DNA of 32,000 nucleotides, from contig OY969938.1 in the NCBI GenBank assembly GCA_963704755.1, positions 2,940,001-2,972,000 on the forward strand. Reading direction: 5' to 3'. A program made the position numbers and the translations under genes. Of this stretch, positions 27,186 to 32,000 are shown one piece after another; positions within the stretch are counted from its first letter, which is position 1, and every line of letters begins with the position of its first letter. The notes under the pieces were generated by a model. That model was given only the letters and a program-made list of their open reading frames with translations, was not told the origin of the DNA and made no database searches. This DNA comes from an uncultured Chloroflexia bacterium (GTDB lineage Bacteria; Chloroflexota; Anaerolineae; Anaerolineales; Anaerolineaceae).

Positions 27186-28503
27186 TAGCCCGGGTTTCCA
27201 AACCCGAGCAAACGCCGGCCTGGCAGAATCCCGGCCAGGGAACACGGCTGCCGCCAAAAGAGAGACCCACGCAGGTGGGTCTTTGTGTTGTTGTAGCCGT
27301 GGCTTTAGCCGCCATCCCTTTGGTCCTGGTCCAACCTCGGAAATTCGTAGACCAAACGCTTTCCCGGCTTTGAAAGCCGGGCTACGAGGACCCGGTTCGA
27401 TAGCCCGGGTTTCCAAACCCGAGCAAACACCGGCCTGGCAGAATCCCGGCCAGGGAACCTGGCTGCTGCCAAAAGAGAGACCCACGCAGGTGGGTCTTTG
27501 TGTACTTGTAGGTGCGGCTTTAGCCGCCACCAGTTTGGCCATCCCTTTGGTCCTGGTCCAACCTCGGAAATTCGTAGACCAAACGCTTTCCCGGCTTCGA
27601 AAGCCGGGCTACAAGGACCCGGTTCGATAGCTCGGGTTTCGAACCCGAGCAAACGCCGGCCTGGCAGAATCCCGGCCAGGGAACACGGTCCGCATCCAAA
27701 AGGAGACCCACGCAGGTGGGTCTTCGTGTTTGTGTAGCCGCGGCTTTAGCCGCCACCGGTTTGGGCATCTCATTGGTCCTGGTCCAACCTCGGAGATTTG
27801 TAGACCAAGCGTTTTCCCGGCTTCGAAAGCCGGGCTACGGACCTGGTTTCGTAGCCCGGGTTTCCAAACCCGAGCAAACACCGGCCTGGCAAAATCCCGG
27901 CCAGGGAACCTGGCTGCTGCCAAAAGAGAGACCCACGCAGGTGGGTCTTTGTGTACTTGTAGGTGCGGCTTTAGCCGCCACCAGTTTGGCCATCCCTTTG
28001 GTCCTGGTCCAACCTCGGAAATTCGTAGACCAAACGCTTTCCCGGCTTCGAAAGCCGGGCTACAAGGACCCGGTTCGATAGCTCGGGTTTCGAACCCGAG
28101 CAAACGCCGGCCTGGCAGAATCCCGGCCAGGGAACACGGCTGCCGCCAAAAGAGAGACCCACGCAGGTGGGTCTTTGTGTACTTGTAGGTGCGGCTTTAG
28201 CCGCCACCGGTTTGGCCCTCCCTTTGGCCCTGGTCCAACCTCGGAGATTCGTAGACTAAGCGTTTTCCCGGCTTCGAAAGCCGGGCTACGGACCTGGTTT
28301 CGTAGCTCGGGTTTCGAACCCGAGCAAACGCCGGCCTGGCAGAATCCCGGCCAGGGAACCCGGCTGCCGCCAAAAGAGAGACCCACGCAGGTGGGTCTTT
28401 GTGTACTTGTAGGTGCGGCTTTAGCCGCCATCCCTTTGGTCCTGGTCCAACCTCGGAGATTCGTAGACCAAACGCTTTCCCGGCTTTGAAAGCCGGGCTA
28501 CGG
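27186..28503. repeat. tandem array of six 215-227-bp units composed of concatenated short hairpins
   Basis: Unit starts (TAGCyCGGGTTT) at 27186, 27401, 27628, 27852, 28079 and 28303. I can see only one difference between units 2 and 4 (451 bp apart). Confidence 0.9.
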
Positions 28504-28587
28504 GCTGGCCTTCGTGCGAAATATGTGATATTTTACGCTATTGACATCTTATGGCAGTAAAGTTATACTGCTGGTTAACAAATGAAT

Positions 28588-28720
28588 ATGGCCTTCGGGG
28601 CAGGGTGAGGGAAACCAGTTTCCCAATTCCCGATCGGTGGTATAACCCACGAGCGTAATTTGCGCAGGACCCGGTGAAATTCCGGGGTCGACGGTAAAGT
28701 CCGGATGAAAGAAGGCGTTA
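28588..28720 (+). promoter_or_regulatory. FMN riboswitch (RFN element) aptamer
   Basis: CUUCGGGGCAGGGUGA...AAUUCCCGAUCGGUGGU...CCCACGAGC...CCGGUGAAAUUCCGGGGUCGACGGUAAAGUCCGGAUGAAAGAAGG matches the RFN consensus. P1 is GCCUUC (28591-96) / GAAGGC (28711-16). Confidence 0.85.
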
Positions 28721-28754
28721 TTAACGGTTGATCAGCCTTGATTAAACTGTGCTT

Positions 28755-28790
28755 TGCCCCGAAGACTATCTGTTTTCGGGATTTTTGTTT
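28755..28790 (+). terminator. riboswitch expression platform: terminator with competing antiterminator
   Basis: 9-bp stem 28758-28766 / 28772-28780 followed by ATTTTTGTTT. 28755-28764 (TGCCCCGAAG) is the exact reverse complement of the aptamer 5' strand 28593-28602. Confidence 0.75.
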
Positions 28791-28823
28791 AATCCCCGGA
28801 AATTTATTCTTGAGGATGCAGTT

Positions 28824-29660
28824 GTGGACCTGAGCTTGCCGAAATTCAATTTGCCCCGCCCGAACCGGTTGCTAACATCGCGGCGGACCTGGATGTGGCA
28901 GACGCCTCTTTCGATCGTTGTAGCCCTTATCGTTTGGGAAGCGGTCGTCAGGGTGACCAATCTGCCGGCTTTCATTCTGCCTTCGCCGCTGCGTGTGGTT
29001 CAACGCTTCGGGCAAGCTATCGCCGATGGTACTTTGCTGCGCCAAACCGGCGCCACGCTTTACGAAGTCGTCCTGGGGTTACTGGTGGGGACCGTACTGG
29101 CGACTTTTTGCGGCTACCTGATCGCCAAATCATCACTGTTCGAAAGGCTGGTAGGCCCTTACCTGGTTGCCAGCCAGGCCATCCCGGTGGTGGCCATCGC
29201 CCCGCTGTTGGTGATCTGGTTTGGACCGGGAATATTCTCCAAGGTATTGATTTGCTCGTTGACCGTTTTCTTCCCGGTGCTGGTCAATACGGTGGTCGGA
29301 TTGCGCTCTGTGTCGGATGACTTGCGCGCGTTGATGCGCTCGCTGCACGCTACACCGATCCAAAACCTGTGCTACCTGGAAGTGCCGGCGGCTTTGCCGG
29401 TCTTTCTGGGGGGGCTGCGCATCGGGGCTACCCTGTCGGTGATCGGCGGCGTGGTCGGCGAGCTGGTCGGCTCTGATCGCGGGCTGGGCTTTTTGATCAA
29501 CGTGGGACGCGGCCAGTACGACACCGCATTGGTCTTCGTTTCGGTGATCACCCTGGTTACCCTGGCGATCATGCTGTATGGCCTGGTGCTGCTGATGGAA
29601 AAGCGCCTGCTGGCCTGGCAAAAAACTCCCACTCAAAACAACTCTATCCAAAATCCTTAG
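28824..29660 (+). CDS. ABC transporter permease (NitT/TauT family, RibX-like)
   Basis: About 6 TM segments and an EAA-like loop. Start is uncertain: GTG 28824 with GAGGA 7 nt upstream, or ATG 28893. The ORF-track start 28749 lies inside the terminator. Confidence 0.85.
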   Translation: MDLSLPKFNLPRPNRLLTSRRTWMWQTPLSIVVALIVWEAVVRVTNLPAFILPSPLRVVQRFGQAIADGTLLRQTGATLYEVVLGLLVGTVLATFCGYLIAKSSLFERLVGPYLVASQAIPVVAIAPLLVIWFGPGIFSKVLICSLTVFFPVLVNTVVGLRSVSDDLRALMRSLHATPIQNLCYLEVPAALPVFLGGLRIGATLSVIGGVVGELVGSDRGLGFLINVGRGQYDTALVFVSVITLVTLAIMLYGLVLLMEKRLLAWQKTPTQNNSIQNP

Positions 29661-29674
29661 GGAGTGTAAAAAGA

Positions 29675-30667
29675 ATGACTTTGAAGCGAGGAATTATCGT
29701 TGCACTGGTTTTGGTGCTGCTGGCGGGCTGTGCTGCGCAACAGGCGGCGGCGCCGACGGCTACCCCAACACCCGCATTGACCAGTATCCGCCTGCCGGTC
29801 GGCTATGTGCCAAACGTGCAGTTTACCCCCCTCTACGTGGCGATCGATAAGGGTTATTTCCGCGACGAGGGCCTGGATGTCAGCCTGGACTACAGCATGG
29901 AAACCGATAACGTGGCCCTGGTGGGCGCCAACAAGTTGCCATTTGCGGTGGTGTCCGGCGAACAGGTGCTGTTGGGACGCGCCCAGGACCTGCCGATCGT
30001 ATATGTTATGTCCTGGTACCGCGATTACCCGGTCGGCGTGGTTTCGCTAACTTCGGAAAATATTCTCAAACCCGCCGATCTGTCCGGCAAGAAGATCGGC
30101 ATTCCGGGGCTGTACGGCGCCAGTTACATCGGCTTCGAGGCGCTGCTCTCGGCCGGTGGGATAAAAGAATCCGACGTCACCCTGGATTCGGTCGGCTATA
30201 ACCAGATCGAAGGTCTGACCTCCGGCCAGGAGCAGGCCGCGGTGATTTACGTGACCAACGAGCCGATCCAATTGGAGAGCGAAGGGTACCAGGTCAATGT
30301 GATGGGCGTGTCCGATTACCTGGCCATGGTCTCGAACGGGTTGATCACCAACGAGCAGACCTTGCAGCAAAACCCGGACCTGGTCAAGCGCATGATCCGT
30401 GCTTTTATCCGCGGCATTCAATATACGGTCGATAACCCCGACGAGGCTTATCAGATCACCACCCGTTACGTGGACAGCTTGAGCACAGCCGACCAGACCG
30501 TCCAGAAAGCCATTCTCAACGCCACCATCAAACTTTACCAGACTGACCCGTGGGGCCAAAGCGATCCGCAGGCCTGGGACAATATGCAAAAGGTGCTGCT
30601 GGATATGACCTTGCTGAAAAGCCCGCTGGATCTTAGCCAGGTCTTCAGTAACGATTATTTGCCTTAG
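29675..30667 (+). CDS. ABC transporter substrate-binding lipoprotein, NMT1/THI5-like (RibY-like)
   Basis: Lipobox LLAGC. LPVGYVPNVQFTPLYVAIDKGYF is typical of NMT1/ThiY-type binding proteins. Confidence 0.9.
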   Translation: MTLKRGIIVALVLVLLAGCAAQQAAAPTATPTPALTSIRLPVGYVPNVQFTPLYVAIDKGYFRDEGLDVSLDYSMETDNVALVGANKLPFAVVSGEQVLLGRAQDLPIVYVMSWYRDYPVGVVSLTSENILKPADLSGKKIGIPGLYGASYIGFEALLSAGGIKESDVTLDSVGYNQIEGLTSGQEQAAVIYVTNEPIQLESEGYQVNVMGVSDYLAMVSNGLITNEQTLQQNPDLVKRMIRAFIRGIQYTVDNPDEAYQITTRYVDSLSTADQTVQKAILNATIKLYQTDPWGQSDPQAWDNMQKVLLDMTLLKSPLDLSQVFSNDYLP

Positions 30668-30678
30668 GATGAGCATGT

Positions 30679-31428
30679 ATGGCTGAGCAAGATACTGTCC
30701 TGGATGTGCGCAAACTGGGGATTATTTTCCCGGGCGAGAACGGCGGCTTGCAGGCGATCCATGACCTGTCATTTACGGTCAAGGCGCAGGAATTCATCTG
30801 TATCCTGGGACCATCCGGCAGCGGCAAGAGCACTTTGCTGCGGGTTCTAGCCGGTTTACTGCCTCCCACCCGCGGTGAGATCCATTACAGTGGTGACCGC
30901 CAGCCGCGGATCGGCTTCGTGTTCCAACAGGCCAATTTGATGCCCTGGCGCACGGCTATTCAAAACATTACCCTGCCGCTGGAAATGCAAGGTGTGCCGG
31001 TTGCGGAAGCCCACCGCCAGGCGCAGGAGCTGATCGAGCGCACCGGGCTGACCGGGTTCGAGTCGAGCTGGCCGCGGGACCTTTCCGGCGGTATGGCGCA
31101 GCGGGTGGCCATCGCCCGGGCGCTGATCCAGGACCCGGACCTGCTTCTCCTGGATGAGCCTTTCGGTTCACTGGACGCACTGACCCGCGATCACATGGGC
31201 GCCGAACTGCTGCAACTGTGGCAGGCCCAGCGCAAAACGGTGATCCTGGTGACCCACTCGATTTCCGAAGCGCTGCTGCTGGCCGACCGGGTGCTGGTGT
31301 TCACTCCTCGCCCGGGCAAGCTGGCCCTGGATTATACCGTCGGGCTGCCGCGCCCGCGGTCAGAGGAAATGCGTTACAGCCCCGAATTTGGCGAAATGTC
31401 GCGCCAGCTTAAAGCCGCCATCGGCTGA
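30679..31428 (+). CDS. ABC transporter ATP-binding protein (NitT/TauT family)
   Basis: Walker A GPSGSGKST, signature LSGGMAQRVAIA, Walker B LLLLDEPFGSLD, H-loop VTHS. Confidence 0.93.
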   Translation: MAEQDTVLDVRKLGIIFPGENGGLQAIHDLSFTVKAQEFICILGPSGSGKSTLLRVLAGLLPPTRGEIHYSGDRQPRIGFVFQQANLMPWRTAIQNITLPLEMQGVPVAEAHRQAQELIERTGLTGFESSWPRDLSGGMAQRVAIARALIQDPDLLLLDEPFGSLDALTRDHMGAELLQLWQAQRKTVILVTHSISEALLLADRVLVFTPRPGKLALDYTVGLPRPRSEEMRYSPEFGEMSRQLKAAIG

Positions 31429-31436
31429 AGTTGTGT

Positions 31437-31491
31437 AAACAAGAATTCGCGGTTTTGGCTGCATTGCAGCCAAAACCGCGAATTCTTGTTT
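31437..31491. terminator. 27-bp perfect palindrome / bidirectional terminator between convergent genes
   Basis: 31437-31463 is the reverse complement of 31465-31491. Confidence 0.75.
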
Positions 31492-31509
31492 GCGCAGTCA
31501 GGCGCAAAA

Positions 31510-32000
31510 TCAGGAAGGAATCTCTCCCTTGAGGATATCGGTGTTGTAAAACTTGAACTGACCTTTTTCCCAGACATACAAGGTGTTCTTGCCCGAATGT
31601 TTGGCCGCGTACAGGGCCTGGTCGGTGCGGTTGATCAGCATTTCCAATGAAAAACAATCTTTGTCCAGCCAGCTCAAGCCAATGCTCACGCTGACCTGTA
31701 TACGCTGATTTTCGGCATACTCGATGCCGTTGTATAACCCTTTTTTGAGCCGCAGGCCCACCTTGATGGCTCGTTCCATTTCGGTCTCGGGCAGCAAGAT
31801 GATAAATTCGTCGCCGGCGTAGCGGGCGGGGATATCGGCCTGGCGCAGCACGTGGCGGATGCGGTTGCCGATAAACTCGATCAGCTTGTCGCCGGCCTGG
31901 TGGCCGTAGGTATCGTTGACCAGTTTCAGCCCGTCGATATCGATCATCATCATCGCCATGGGGTTGCCGTAACGCCGGGCGCGGTAAAATTCGTTGCGGG
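31510..32000 (-). CDS. GGDEF-domain protein, 5'-truncated by the window edge
   Basis: The frame stays open to position 32000 (…RNEFYRARRYGNPMAMMMIDIDGLKLVNDTYGH). I-site RQAD. Variant active-site motif AGDEF. Confidence 0.85.
   Translation of the reverse strand, partial: RNEFYRARRYGNPMAMMMIDIDGLKLVNDTYGHQAGDKLIEFIGNRIRHVLRQADIPARYAGDEFIILLPETEMERAIKVGLRLKKGLYNGIEYAENQRIQVSVSIGLSWLDKDCFSLEMLINRTDQALYAAKHSGKNTLYVWEKGQFKFYNTDILKGEIPS

Noticed and set aside
27628-27650. tRNA-like T-arm (GCTCGGGTTTCGAACCCGAGC) in array units
   Set aside because: It resembles GGTTCGAATCC, but the loop has the wrong register, and no acceptor, D or anticodon arms can be built around it.
27105-28489. Many 80-165-aa ORFs on both strands across the tandem array
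   Set aside because: They are repeat-derived and Pro/Gly/Arg-rich. They occur in several frames on both strands simultaneously and lack start contexts, so they are translation artefacts of the hairpin array.
27186-28503. CRISPR array interpretation of the tandem repeats (a Cas4-like gene is in the window)
   Set aside because: Units are about 225 bp and contiguous, with no unique spacers. The short palindromes inside are in fixed order. No cas1 or cas2 is present.

Overview
High-GC (about 60% by eye) bacterial chromosomal segment. All family calls come from motif recognition only, since no database search was possible. The gene content and an FMN-riboswitch-controlled RibXY-like transporter tentatively suggest Chloroflexota. 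Core content, in order: SRP RNA with its promoter; two SAM methyltransferases; a secreted repeat protein; an orphan HerA-like ATPase; an ssb / DUF3467 / translin-like / Cas4-like operon; nadK, a B-box membrane protein and recN (frame-disrupted); a SARP/BTAD-STAND regulator followed by a TPR ORF; mutS2; ettA; a TPR-GGDEF cyclase; a DHA2-type MFS transporter; the FMN riboswitch with a three-gene ABC importer; and a second, partial GGDEF gene. Three things stand out. (1) A roughly 2 kb AT-rich island (9.2-11.2 kb) carries a tightly coupled ABC/AAA_21-type ATPase and a 180-aa PD-(D/E)XK-like protein. This is my best candidate for an undescribed defence-type module. It sits next to a Cas4-like nuclease that has an inserted transmembrane hairpin and an in-frame TAA. 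(2) A 1.3 kb tandem array (27186-28503) has six ~225-bp units, each a chain of short GC-rich hairpins. Related hairpin modules are scattered at 3.8 kb and 20.9-21.2 kb. (3) Very long perfect palindromes (24-32 bp stems) sit at convergent gene junctions, and a 55-57 nt palindromic element occurs twice. recN and the STAND regulator show +1 frame breaks at or near short homopolymers, which may be assembly errors rather than biology.
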